Shown piece by piece: positions 52,237 through 61,632 of a stretch of DNA of 64,000 nt. Origin of the DNA: Promethearchaeota archaeon (lineage in GTDB: Archaea; Asgardarchaeota; Lokiarchaeia; Sigyniarchaeales; SOKP01); assembly GCA_019057795.1 (NCBI GenBank), contig JAHLWS010000026.1, positions 1-64,000 of the forward strand, read 5' to 3'. The notes below the pieces were generated by a model. That model saw only the letters and a program-made list of their open reading frames with translations. It made no database searches and was not told the origin of the DNA. Every line of letters starts with the position of its first letter. Position 1 is the stretch's first letter. The position numbers and the translations under genes are program-made.

Positions 52237-53868
52237 ATGAATATGGATTATTTTCTCGGTTTAGATTGTTCAACTCAAAGTTTAACAGCCATTCTCATAA
52301 ATCTTAGCAAAAATGAAATTATCATTAGGTATAGTATTAATTTTGACGAAGAACTACCACATTACAACACTCAAAATGGCGTTTTTAGTTCAAATGGCGG
52401 TAAAGTTGTTCACTCGAATCCATTAATGTGGGTAGAAGCTTTAGATTTATTATTTAAAGCGTTTGTTCAAAAAAACTTACCTTTGAGCAAAATAAAGGCA
52501 ATATCTGGTTCAGCTCAGCAACATGGAACGGTCTATTTAAATAATTCTTTCGAATCAACTCTAAAAAATTTAGATTCTGAAAAACCTTTAGTAGATCAAT
52601 TACAGAAAGTATTTACAAGAGAAACTAGTCCAATCTGGATGGATTCAAGCACAACCAAGCAATGCGAAGAAATTCGCCTTAAATTAGGAGGATTAGAACC
52701 TACAATAAGTATAACTGGTTCAAATACATTTGAGAGATTTTCTGGACCGCAAATTAGAAAATTTTACGAACAAAATTACGATGATTATATTCAAACTTCA
52801 ACGATTCATCTTGTAAGCTCTTTTCTTTCTTCAATATTACTAGGTAAAAGTTCACCAATCGACCATGGAGATGGAGCGGGTATGAATTTAATGAACATTA
52901 GAACTAAACAATGGGACAATAAGGCTTTAGATGCTACTGCTCCAGATTTGAGACAAAAATTACCGTCCCTTATCAACTCTTACGATGTCATAGGAAAAAT
53001 ATCTCCTTATTTTGTAGAAAGATTTGGCTTTTCTCCAGAAACTATCCTAATCGGGTGGTCGGGAGATAATCCGAATAGCTTAATTGGAGTTGGTCTTACA
53101 GAGAAGGGTAAAGCCGCAATTAGCTTAGGTACGAGTGATACTTATTTTAGTTTTATGAAAAACTTATCATTTGATATGTTGGGAGAGGGACATGTTTTTA
53201 GAGCGCCTACAGGAGATTTTATGAGTTTAATCTGTTTTAAAAATGGGTCTTTAGCAAGAGAAGCTATTAAAGATAAATTCAATCTAAATTGGGACAAATT
53301 TGGTGAAATCCTAAGAATAACGCCCCCAGGGAATTTTGGTAAAATTATGTTACCATATTTCTTGCCTGAAATAGTACCCTTAGTTTTAGAGCCGACTGTT
53401 TATCGATTTGGTTTTGATGAGAATGATGTACAAGGTAATGTCCGAGGAATCATAGAAGCCCAATTTCTGTCAATGAGACTGCATTCCGAGTGGATCCAAG
53501 AGCAACCAGAAGAGATTTATGCTACAGGAGGAGCATCTGCTAATAAAGAAATATTACAAATCGCATCAAATATATTTAATGCTAAGATTTACAAATTTGA
53601 AGTTACTAATTCCGCAGCATTAGGTGCAGCACTTAGAAGCGCCAAATCCTATTATGATTCTATAAATGAAAGTATTAATTGGACTGAATTAGTAAATCGT
53701 TTTCTAAAAATCCAAGATAATTATATAATACAACCGAATAATAAGTATAAAAAATTATACGATGATATGCTCGAAGTGTATAGGAAATGTGAAAAATACT
53801 TCTTAAAGAATGGAGAAAATCCAGAACAATTTCGGAAAGATTTTATAAAAAAATATTTTAGTAATTAA
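52237..53868 (+). CDS. xylB: Xylulokinase, eukaryote-type (XYLB/Xks1-like) FGGY kinase
   Basis: LDCSTQ, QQHG, PIWMDSST..QC, ERFSGPQIRK, GDNP, SLGTSD, NGSLARE, GGASAN. Confidence 0.85.
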   Translation: MNMDYFLGLDCSTQSLTAILINLSKNEIIIRYSINFDEELPHYNTQNGVFSSNGGKVVHSNPLMWVEALDLLFKAFVQKNLPLSKIKAISGSAQQHGTVYLNNSFESTLKNLDSEKPLVDQLQKVFTRETSPIWMDSSTTKQCEEIRLKLGGLEPTISITGSNTFERFSGPQIRKFYEQNYDDYIQTSTIHLVSSFLSSILLGKSSPIDHGDGAGMNLMNIRTKQWDNKALDATAPDLRQKLPSLINSYDVIGKISPYFVERFGFSPETILIGWSGDNPNSLIGVGLTEKGKAAISLGTSDTYFSFMKNLSFDMLGEGHVFRAPTGDFMSLICFKNGSLAREAIKDKFNLNWDKFGEILRITPPGNFGKIMLPYFLPEIVPLVLEPTVYRFGFDENDVQGNVRGIIEAQFLSMRLHSEWIQEQPEEIYATGGASANKEILQIASNIFNAKIYKFEVTNSAALGAALRSAKSYYDSINESINWTELVNRFLKIQDNYIIQPNNKYKKLYDDMLEVYRKCEKYFLKNGENPEQFRKDFIKKYFSN

Positions 53869-53928
53869 ATATGTAAAAATCTTAAAAAGTAATAGAAATA
53901 AAAAAAAAATAATAAAAGTGAGATAAAA

Positions 53929-54126
53929 ATGCCTTTAAAATTCCTTGAAAATGAAAGAAACAAAAAAATATTCATTGCTATTATTATCATAGCACTGGTT
54001 ATTACTTTTGCTACTCTCATCTCTGTAGCAGTCATTAATTTCATCCCCCCAGATGATAACGGAGGAGGATGACTTTGCTTAGCTGTTGGTTATCAAAAAA
54101 TATTTTTAAACATAATATTAAAATAA
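53929..54126 (+). CDS. Putative 65-aa single-pass membrane selenoprotein (Sec48, TGA 54070-54072); not in ORF track
   Basis: MPLKFLENERNKKIFIAIIIIALVITFATLISVAVINFIPPDDNGGG-U-LCLAVGYQKIFLNIILK*; SECIS core starts 3 nt after the TAA. Confidence 0.72.
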
Positions 54127-54129
54127 AGG

Positions 54130-54182
54130 ATGACTTTTGCGAGAAAATTCTAGTCGCAAAACGACTTACCCCGCAAGGGTAA
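54130..54182 (+). promoter_or_regulatory. SECIS element (third copy) with 3' GNRA hairpin
   Basis: ATGAC-TTTTGCGA-GAAAATTCTAG-TCGCAAAA-CGAC, then TTACCCC-GCAA-GGGTAA. Confidence 0.78.
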
Positions 54183-54304
54183 AAAGAAAAAAAATAATAT
54201 AGTATGAAATAGTATGAAATATTTATTAATTTATTAATTAACAAAATTCTTATAAATACCTAAAACCTCTTAAATTACACGATTTTGTTTAATGGTATAA
54301 AAAA

Positions 54305-55102
54305 ATGTCAAAACAAACTCCCGAGAATGTTAAAGAATCTCTACGTTTGATTGGATTAACGGATTACGAGATATCGATATATTTAACCTTAATTTCAAAA
54401 GGACCTATGGACGCAAGAGAGCTTTCTGAAGCCTCAAGCGTTCCATATTCTCGAATTTATAACATTTTAACTCAATTAGAAAAGGATAAAATGTGGATTT
54501 TAAAGGAGGAAGAATCAAGACCGTCGAGATATTTCGCAAAAAGCCCTGATGAAGCTTTGGTAATCGCAAAGAAACAATACAGTGATAGTTTCGACGAGTA
54601 TTCAGACACAATTATTCGTGAACTTACCCCCATTTACGAATCTCACGATACACCGATAAAAATTGCGTTATATATTCACCGGGGAAGAGATGTTTGTATT
54701 AATAGAGCTTTAACTTTAATAAAAACAGCAAAAATGGCACTATACTTTGTCACACAAGATTACGAATTTTTAGATGTGTTTTACGAGGAAATAAAAAAAG
54801 CAAGAGCTCGAGGAGTCACAGATATTAGATTATTAGTCGAAGAAGTAGTAGTAAAGGATAAAAAATTTAAAGAAATCATTGAAAAATACGCTCAAATCGC
54901 TGAAATTCGTTCCCGTGATCAAGTTTTTGGGACTAGCTTGGTAATGGACGAAGGGGAAGATGCCTTTATAATTTTGACACAAGACATTTTTAAAAAGTTA
55001 TCGTATTTTGGCATTATGGCCGACCATATCGCTTTTGGACCAGCTAGCAATTTTTATTTTATGTACTTATATAAGACGGCTGATATAGTTAATTTAAAAT
55101 AG
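54305..55102 (+). CDS. TrmB-family transcriptional regulator
   Basis: GLTDYE..Y..L, VPYSRIY.IL, RP.RY. Confidence 0.88.
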   Translation: MSKQTPENVKESLRLIGLTDYEISIYLTLISKGPMDARELSEASSVPYSRIYNILTQLEKDKMWILKEEESRPSRYFAKSPDEALVIAKKQYSDSFDEYSDTIIRELTPIYESHDTPIKIALYIHRGRDVCINRALTLIKTAKMALYFVTQDYEFLDVFYEEIKKARARGVTDIRLLVEEVVVKDKKFKEIIEKYAQIAEIRSRDQVFGTSLVMDEGEDAFIILTQDIFKKLSYFGIMADHIAFGPASNFYFMYLYKTADIVNLK

Positions 55103-55177
55103 ATGCTTTCTTAATAAATAAAAGCTCCTACAATATTCTTTATCTGTAGCCTTTCTTCTTAGGTGAAAGTGTAATTA

Positions 55178-57187
55178 TTATTGTTTTTCGTTAGAAAAAA
55201 CGGGAAGGATTACATGTGATTGATTAACTTTATCATGATATATGGTTTGTGTAGCAACCTTGTACTCATTCTCATTTTGTACCCCTGCAAGATTGGAATT
55301 TACGTCGAATCGAGGGAAATTGCTTGAAGTTATTTCTATGCGTATTTTGTGGTTTTTTGGAAAATAGATACCAATTGAACCAATGGCGAATTCATATTTA
55401 TATATTTTATTTGGTTTGATGAGTTTAGGTTCGTTCAAATCGCCATTAAGAAAGCGAGTTCTTACACCAGAATCTATAACATTTATTGAAGTTTTTCCGT
55501 TGGGGTAGACATCAACTAGTTTAACCATAAAATCTGTATCCCGTACGGTGGTAGAAGCAAAAAGGACCATTTTGACCTCACCGATAATTTCTATGCCTTT
55601 TTCGAGCGTTTTTGAAGTATATATTAACACATCATCACGCTTTTCAATCTTAGTCTGATCTTGAGGACCGCTTAAGAGAAAAAGATTTCTTCCCCCTTTT
55701 GTAATCACAGGATTAGTAGGATCGAAATGATATTTATCGGGCGATTCTTCTTTCGGTTCGTTTTTAGAAAGGACGCCATCTCCGTAAAGACTATTACTCT
55801 TCCCATTAGAATGCAAGTATAATTTTAATTCATTGGAAGAAGGCGGCCACTTTTTAAAACCTCTCCAAATATTTTTATTTAACACAAATACTTGTAATGG
55901 AGGTAGTTTTGAAAAATCAGTCTCTCCTCCTTTTAACCAAGATTCATACCACCAAAATGGAAGGATATTTTTAAAAAACCTGAAGTCATCTTTTAAATGG
56001 GCGTACTTTAATGGCTTAATAAATAATTTATCCATATTCATATGTGTCCAAGGGCCAATGATCATCTTAAAACTCTCTTTGAAGAATTCTGGAGCCCTTT
56101 CTTGTATTAACTTCGCGTCTCGTACCATGTGTTCAATAAACATATCGTACCAACCCCCAATAAACAGTATGGGTGTATTAAATTTATAATCAAGCCCAAA
56201 GACATATGGGGATAATTCGTGATTGTGAAATAATTTTCTCTCATAGAACACTTCCTTTATCAACTTAGCGAACGAACCATCGTCCTTTTTAGAAACATCT
56301 ACATTCGTTTTATAGACTCGATTCATAATCTTCATCAAGTATTTAGCTCCCTCAATGCTTGCCATATCCGATAATTTTGGTATTTTTGAGTCTAAAGGTT
56401 CGTTATAAAAGCTAATAGAGGGGTCAAAAAACAATTGTTTGTAATATCCATCTTTATCCCACTGATTAAAATCCATAGTTGTTAGTTTTTTCATGCTTGA
56501 GGTAGAATTCATGATTAAATAAAGAGATCCTGACAAACCAATCGGATACAAACCTCCAGGATGCCAAAAAACGTTTGAAAAAGAACTGTGAATTGGACTT
56601 AAACAAGTAAGTAAATTTTCGTTATTCCAAGATACAGCTATTTGTGTTATGCCCAAATAAGACAATCCCCACATTCCTACTTTCCCATTGTGCCAAAATC
56701 GTTTAGTGATCCAACGCAAAGTTTCTAGACCATCTTGTCGTTCATACATGTATATCGAATTAGTGCTATAATCCATCGATTGCGCACAACCTCGTATATC
56801 TTGGAGAACTGAAACATAACCTTTAGACGCTAAGAAATATCCTAATATACTAAGGCGATCTTTCCAATAAGGTAGTCTTATTAGAATTGTAGGGCCCTTG
56901 CCTTTCTTTTTGTAAATATCTTTCGGTAAATATATGTCGGTGGCTAATTTTCCTCCGTCTTCAAGAGTTATAAGGGTTTGTTTTAATCTAATGACGTCAT
57001 TTTCAGGTAAAAAACTAATATTTTGAAGTTTACCCAAACGCCCAATTATTTTAAATATTTTAAATAGCGGGGGAAAAACGTAATCTACAAAAAATGCCAT
57101 ACGAATAATAATTGAGCTTAGTGGGGTCAAAATTGTAGGTAATTCAAGACCAATTTTGATTTCCTTAGGGTTAAATTTTTGTTGCAT
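55178..57187 (-). CDS. CocE/NonD family serine hydrolase
   Basis: LATDIYLP, QDIRG, GLSYLG nucleophile elbow, GWYD, GPWTH, SSNFPRFD. Confidence 0.9.
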   Translation of the reverse strand: MQQKFNPKEIKIGLELPTILTPLSSIIIRMAFFVDYVFPPLFKIFKIIGRLGKLQNISFLPENDVIRLKQTLITLEDGGKLATDIYLPKDIYKKKGKGPTILIRLPYWKDRLSILGYFLASKGYVSVLQDIRGCAQSMDYSTNSIYMYERQDGLETLRWITKRFWHNGKVGMWGLSYLGITQIAVSWNNENLLTCLSPIHSSFSNVFWHPGGLYPIGLSGSLYLIMNSTSSMKKLTTMDFNQWDKDGYYKQLFFDPSISFYNEPLDSKIPKLSDMASIEGAKYLMKIMNRVYKTNVDVSKKDDGSFAKLIKEVFYERKLFHNHELSPYVFGLDYKFNTPILFIGGWYDMFIEHMVRDAKLIQERAPEFFKESFKMIIGPWTHMNMDKLFIKPLKYAHLKDDFRFFKNILPFWWYESWLKGGETDFSKLPPLQVFVLNKNIWRGFKKWPPSSNELKLYLHSNGKSNSLYGDGVLSKNEPKEESPDKYHFDPTNPVITKGGRNLFLLSGPQDQTKIEKRDDVLIYTSKTLEKGIEIIGEVKMVLFASTTVRDTDFMVKLVDVYPNGKTSINVIDSGVRTRFLNGDLNEPKLIKPNKIYKYEFAIGSIGIYFPKNHKIRIEITSSNFPRFDVNSNLAGVQNENEYKVATQTIYHDKVNQSHVILPVFSNEKQ

Positions 57188-57241
57188 GCTTTAATTAATA
57201 AAAAATTAAAGATTTTTGAACTTAATTGTTAAGATAATCCT

Positions 57242-57520
57242 TTACCATGATACGGTTATAGCATTTTCAGGACAAGCCTCGACACATTTGAAACAACGAG
57301 AACATAAAGAACCCCATATAGGAGTAATTCGCCAGTCTTGTGGATCGTATGGATCTTCTTGTTTGTCTTCCGTTCCGATTGTAGTATGCATTACAAAAAC
57401 AGCAGGATCACATGCTCTCAAACATAGTCCACAATCTCTTGGGTCTATTTTACCCTTTTCTCCACATATAGAATAATCAATATTTATCTTAGTTCTTTTC
57501 TTTTTCTTTGCTTTGCTCAT
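57242..57520 (-). CDS. 4Fe-4S ferredoxin
   Basis: C...CGLCLRAC and CSRCFKCVEACP. Confidence 0.85.
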   Translation of the reverse strand: MSKAKKKKRTKINIDYSICGEKGKIDPRDCGLCLRACDPAVFVMHTTIGTEDKQEDPYDPQDWRITPIWGSLCSRCFKCVEACPENAITVSW

Positions 57521-57528
57521 AATATCAC

Positions 57529-58383
57529 CTAATATGACCCATCAAATCCCGGATACTCCTCTCTGGGTATTAATTTTAAGGCATCATTTTCACAAGCATG
57601 TCTACATATACCACAACCAAAACATTTATCGTAATCTATGATAACTCTGTTCATCGAAGGGATAAAACGAATAGCACTAAATTGGCACATAGCAACACAC
57701 AACTTACATCCTTGACACTTATCGTGATCTAATTGGATGATATATTCTGCTTTATACATAGCATTTAAATTAAAATTGTTTCTTAGAGTAAGTCCACCAC
57801 ATTCTGGACTTTCGCAAGAACAAATGGCGTTAATGTATGGTACTGGCTGAAACCAGACACTAGATATATATCCTTTTTTATTAAATTCTTCTAATTTTTC
57901 CATCGCGGTCTCGCGATCTATCCTAACGGTTCGATCTTTTGGAATATAGCGCGGTAGTTTCTCTAAGACTTCCGAAAGCACACCGAAATTTATACATACT
58001 GCTTCTTTATTTTTCCTCTGCATCCAGCGACACATACAATAATTAAGGATTATTGGTTCAGCAGCTAGTTCTGACATAATGATCTGAGCGTCTTCTAAAG
58101 GAATAACTTGTCCAAAATGACCATCAGCCCTTACAGGGTTTCGATTTTTCTTTTCGCTATGGATCATCTTCTCAGCTTTCCAACGAAGAATTTTACCAAT
58201 TATTGGCATTTTCAACTTATATCCCAAGTCTTTAGACGAAAAACCCATTATTTTTCTTATAAAAACTTGTTCAAAATTCATCCATTGCTCGGTTAAATAT
58301 TCTTTCATATTATATTCTTCGGCAAGCTCATTGGAGTAATTTCGGGCATTCATGTACCATTTTTTACCTGCCCCATGGGACAA
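57529..58383 (-). CDS. 4Fe-4S dicluster-domain protein
   Basis: CMCR, ICSC...C, CQGCKLCVAMC, CFGCGICRHAC. Confidence 0.85.
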   Translation of the reverse strand: MSHGAGKKWYMNARNYSNELAEEYNMKEYLTEQWMNFEQVFIRKIMGFSSKDLGYKLKMPIIGKILRWKAEKMIHSEKKNRNPVRADGHFGQVIPLEDAQIIMSELAAEPIILNYCMCRWMQRKNKEAVCINFGVLSEVLEKLPRYIPKDRTVRIDRETAMEKLEEFNKKGYISSVWFQPVPYINAICSCESPECGGLTLRNNFNLNAMYKAEYIIQLDHDKCQGCKLCVAMCQFSAIRFIPSMNRVIIDYDKCFGCGICRHACENDALKLIPREEYPGFDGSY

Positions 58384-58496
58384 ACACCAATCACAAATCG
58401 TTAATCACATCCTTTTAATTAAATAATGTTTCATTATTATTTCGTTAATATCCTAATTAATAGAAATTCGACTTTTTAATATATAAATCTATTCTT

Positions 58497-59426
58497 TTAT
58501 TCTGTTTTAAAAGTTCTTAAGTGTTCCATCATACCAACACCAATCTCTCCAGTTTTTAAATCCTTTATCACTGCCATTTGTTCAAATAATTCCGTATATC
58601 CCCCGGGAAAACTTCTAACAAAGCGAATAAACGAATTCTTTCCGAATCGCTCTGCTTTGATTTTATATTCTATGTCACTTGCATCTGCAAAGTTATAAGT
58701 TGTTGTAAGTGGACTTTTAAACTGATCAGAGTCATTTAAAGTTTTGATTTCCAAATTCGATAATGGAATATTTCCTTTTTTATTCGAAGTTTGACCTGAT
58801 AAATCTATTCGATTTTCAATATAATCTTTTCGAAATGCACATGACCAGTCTTTGAATTGGAAATGACCTGCGTACCATTTATCAAACTGATGCCAGTCTC
58901 GAAAACCCCAACTCTTATCACGTTGACCAAATCCCGTGATATTAATAATTTCTCCGTCTTTTCTAATTAATTTACCGGTGATTACTCCTGACGATTCAAA
59001 ATGCTGGTGCCAAGATTTAGAAGAATCTTTACCGAAATTATAAGTTGGAAATCTGGTTTCAAAGGTTATATCAAGCTTTAATTTCCGCGATTTATAAACT
59101 ATTTTCCATTTTTTAAAGGGTTTAACAAGAGTGTATGAGAGTTTCTTATCTCGCAACATAGAATTAATGTCGCTATCGTATTCCTGTAATGGTGGTTCTT
59201 TATAATATACTTCATTTCGATCTTCTAAAAATAATAAGAATACAAACTCTCTCCTATTTTCATGAGGAACTATCCCTATTGTTGAGAATCCAGAAATTTT
59301 ATTTTTCAGATCTGCCCAATTAAAATAATAAGATTCCCTCCATTTTAGTTCACTCGAAGGTTGATGAAGTAATTCGTCGTCTTCAACCAAAGTAGAAAAT
59401 TTCTCGTTAATATCCATGTAAATCAA
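58497..59426 (-). CDS. CrtC/tocopherol-cyclase-like beta-barrel protein
   Basis: WRESYYF, HFE..G, G.RDKSWG.RDW. Confidence 0.6.
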   Translation of the reverse strand: MIYMDINEKFSTLVEDDELLHQPSSELKWRESYYFNWADLKNKISGFSTIGIVPHENRREFVFLLFLEDRNEVYYKEPPLQEYDSDINSMLRDKKLSYTLVKPFKKWKIVYKSRKLKLDITFETRFPTYNFGKDSSKSWHQHFESSGVITGKLIRKDGEIINITGFGQRDKSWGFRDWHQFDKWYAGHFQFKDWSCAFRKDYIENRIDLSGQTSNKKGNIPLSNLEIKTLNDSDQFKSPLTTTYNFADASDIEYKIKAERFGKNSFIRFVRSFPGGYTELFEQMAVIKDLKTGEIGVGMMEHLRTFKTE

Positions 59427-60580
59427 TCCTGTGGTAGCAAATAAAGGGACGGACCTTCTCTCTTTTTTTTTGCTTTACTTCTTAATAATCTCGGAATTCC
59501 CGGATCGAAATCACTTTCCATAAAGATTGGTATGTATTTATCCATTATTCTTTCAGTAAGTTCCCAATTAATCTCATCAGTTACCCTAGCGAAATTAGTA
59601 TACCTCGCATATCCGTAACAATATGCGTAAGCCCCCGCAATTAATCTTTGTTTTCTATCCCATTTAGCAAATTTTAAAAATAATTCTTTATTGGCATTTA
59701 CTGAATAAGCGTTAAAGGAGTCTAATATGTCTAAATCCAGTGGTTTAATGTTATTCCCCTCTCTAGTTAACAGTGCAACTCCAGTTATATTATCAATAAA
59801 ATCTGCAGGAATAGATTCTAAAGTAGCAAAATCGTCAAATTTAGCTTCTATATCTTTTAATCGAAAAACAAAAGCAACGTTATTAAAGGGAGATATAGCA
59901 TCCGTTTCAGACCAAGGAAAATGAGGTTTACCACCATCGTAGAGATGTGATATTTCTCTAAATATCAAGACTTCGTTTTCATTAATTTGATACGGTCCAT
60001 GGTCGCAAATTTTTGCCCTAGCCTCGCACTCGTCAAGAAAGGACACAACTTCAAGATTCGCCATTGATCTTTTGATATTTATAGCATCTTCTTTTGGTAT
60101 ATCAATAATTTGATTTTTAGCCCAATCAATATCAGATTGATTTATGGCAATATTTTGTTTGTTAGAATCGTATACAGATATTTTTCCTTCAGGAAAATAT
60201 GAAGTTGCTAATCGTTTCCAGAATTCGAGGACAAATATAGTCTGTTCTCTTTTTTCTTTGGTTTCACTTTTCGGATCTCCGCCATTCCTTTGTATTTCGC
60301 CCATCCTTCCAACCATATAATACAGTGGAATGTAAAAAATACTTAAAGCATGAATTTCTGATAGGATTTTTCTACTTTCTTTGCCCATTTTTTCGGGAGT
60401 TGTTTTTTCAGAGACTTTTTTCAAAATATCGTACAAAATGTCGTAAGCTTCATAAAAAGAAACGCAAATATAAGCAGTTACAGGAAATAACTTTGATTCT
60501 AAAAGTCCTCTTCGTGATACTTGGTAATCTACTAATTCGGAAGCACGAGCTATTAATTCATTCGCAGCTTTAATATCCAT
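59423..60580 (-). CDS. Hypothetical protein
   Basis: 385-aa ORF overlapping the next gene by 4 nt; ECEAR..DHGPY motif. Confidence 0.6.
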   Translation of the reverse strand: MDIKAANELIARASELVDYQVSRRGLLESKLFPVTAYICVSFYEAYDILYDILKKVSEKTTPEKMGKESRKILSEIHALSIFYIPLYYMVGRMGEIQRNGGDPKSETKEKREQTIFVLEFWKRLATSYFPEGKISVYDSNKQNIAINQSDIDWAKNQIIDIPKEDAINIKRSMANLEVVSFLDECEARAKICDHGPYQINENEVLIFREISHLYDGGKPHFPWSETDAISPFNNVAFVFRLKDIEAKFDDFATLESIPADFIDNITGVALLTREGNNIKPLDLDILDSFNAYSVNANKELFLKFAKWDRKQRLIAGAYAYCYGYARYTNFARVTDEINWELTERIMDKYIPIFMESDFDPGIPRLLRSKAKKKREGPSLYLLPQD

Positions 60581-60743
60581 TTAAATCTTCTCCTAAACCT
60601 TTCCATTTAATATTAACTTTAAACTTAGTTCTATTTAAATATTTGAAATACTATCATTTTTTTTTAAAAAAATTTAAGTAATATACAAAAAATTAAAATC
60701 TAATTAGTGGTAATAAATTAAGAATTAGATGGGGATATAGCTA

Positions 60744-61100
60744 ATGAAAAAGATTGGAGAGGGGTTATCGTGTTCTACCAAATCCGATGTTACTGGTGAA
60801 TTAGCGTATATTACAACTCTCGAAGATGTAATCGAATTATTCGATAAAGCTGCTGGAAAAATATGTTTAATTGATGATGCTGGAATAACGACACTAGGTC
60901 CTCTTTTAAATGAATTGGTAGCAACCATATGTACCACTGGAGGCGCGGGTTCACACCTAGCTATTATATCAAGAGAATTTGGGCTCCCATGTATCATGGG
61001 AATAGAACTCTCATTAAAAAATTTGTCTACTTTGAACGGAAGAAAAGTAAAAATTATTCATAATGGAGAGGATAGGGGTATCCTCTATTTAATCGACTAA
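60744..61100 (+). CDS. Stand-alone PEP-utilising enzyme mobile (phospho-His swivel) domain
   Basis: TTGGAGSHLAIISREFGLPCIMG. Confidence 0.88.
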   Translation: MKKIGEGLSCSTKSDVTGELAYITTLEDVIELFDKAAGKICLIDDAGITTLGPLLNELVATICTTGGAGSHLAIISREFGLPCIMGIELSLKNLSTLNGRKVKIIHNGEDRGILYLID

Positions 61101-61173
61101 GACTAGAATTAAATCAACTCAAATGTTTTTTCATTTTGCCAAATAATAAAAAGAGAAATGATTAAAAAATAAA

Positions 61174-61632
61174 TCACTTTAGAAACGCTCTCTTTCCTAA
61201 ATAAATAAAAAGCTCGCCCAATTCAAAGATCGTGAGCGGATAGACTAAGTTAGCCATGTCAGTTCTTAACTGAAATTTGTTTTTACCGGCACAAATTAAT
61301 TTTTCTATATCCTCTACAAAGTCATCCATGTTTAAGAAAAGTATTTCAATTTTATCACAACCGGTTAATTCTTCGATATCTTTATCTAAATGTTCTTCAA
61401 CTTGATTTAATAGCCCTAATTTTAGCTTAGGGCTCAATTCATATTCAGTGATAACTTCGTTCATTTCCTCTAGAATAATATTTAAAGTTAAGTTCCAATC
61501 TTTATTCTCTTTATATTTTGGAATTAACACTTCGCTTATTATTATTTCAAAAAGAGTTTTGGGCGCTTGTTCGTCGAATTCAACCTCTAAACCAGACCTT
61601 AGTTTAATTTTTTTAACCAATTCGAACCTCAA
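61174..61632 (-). CDS. Hypothetical protein
   Basis: 152-aa helical ORF. Confidence 0.55.
   Translation of the reverse strand: MRFELVKKIKLRSGLEVEFDEQAPKTLFEIIISEVLIPKYKENKDWNLTLNIILEEMNEVITEYELSPKLKLGLLNQVEEHLDKDIEELTGCDKIEILFLNMDDFVEDIEKLICAGKNKFQLRTDMANLVYPLTIFELGELFIYLGKRAFLK

Noticed and set aside
54041-54244. 67-aa minus-strand ORF in the track
   Set aside because: Antisense shadow of the SECIS and the small Sec ORF; no protein-like features.
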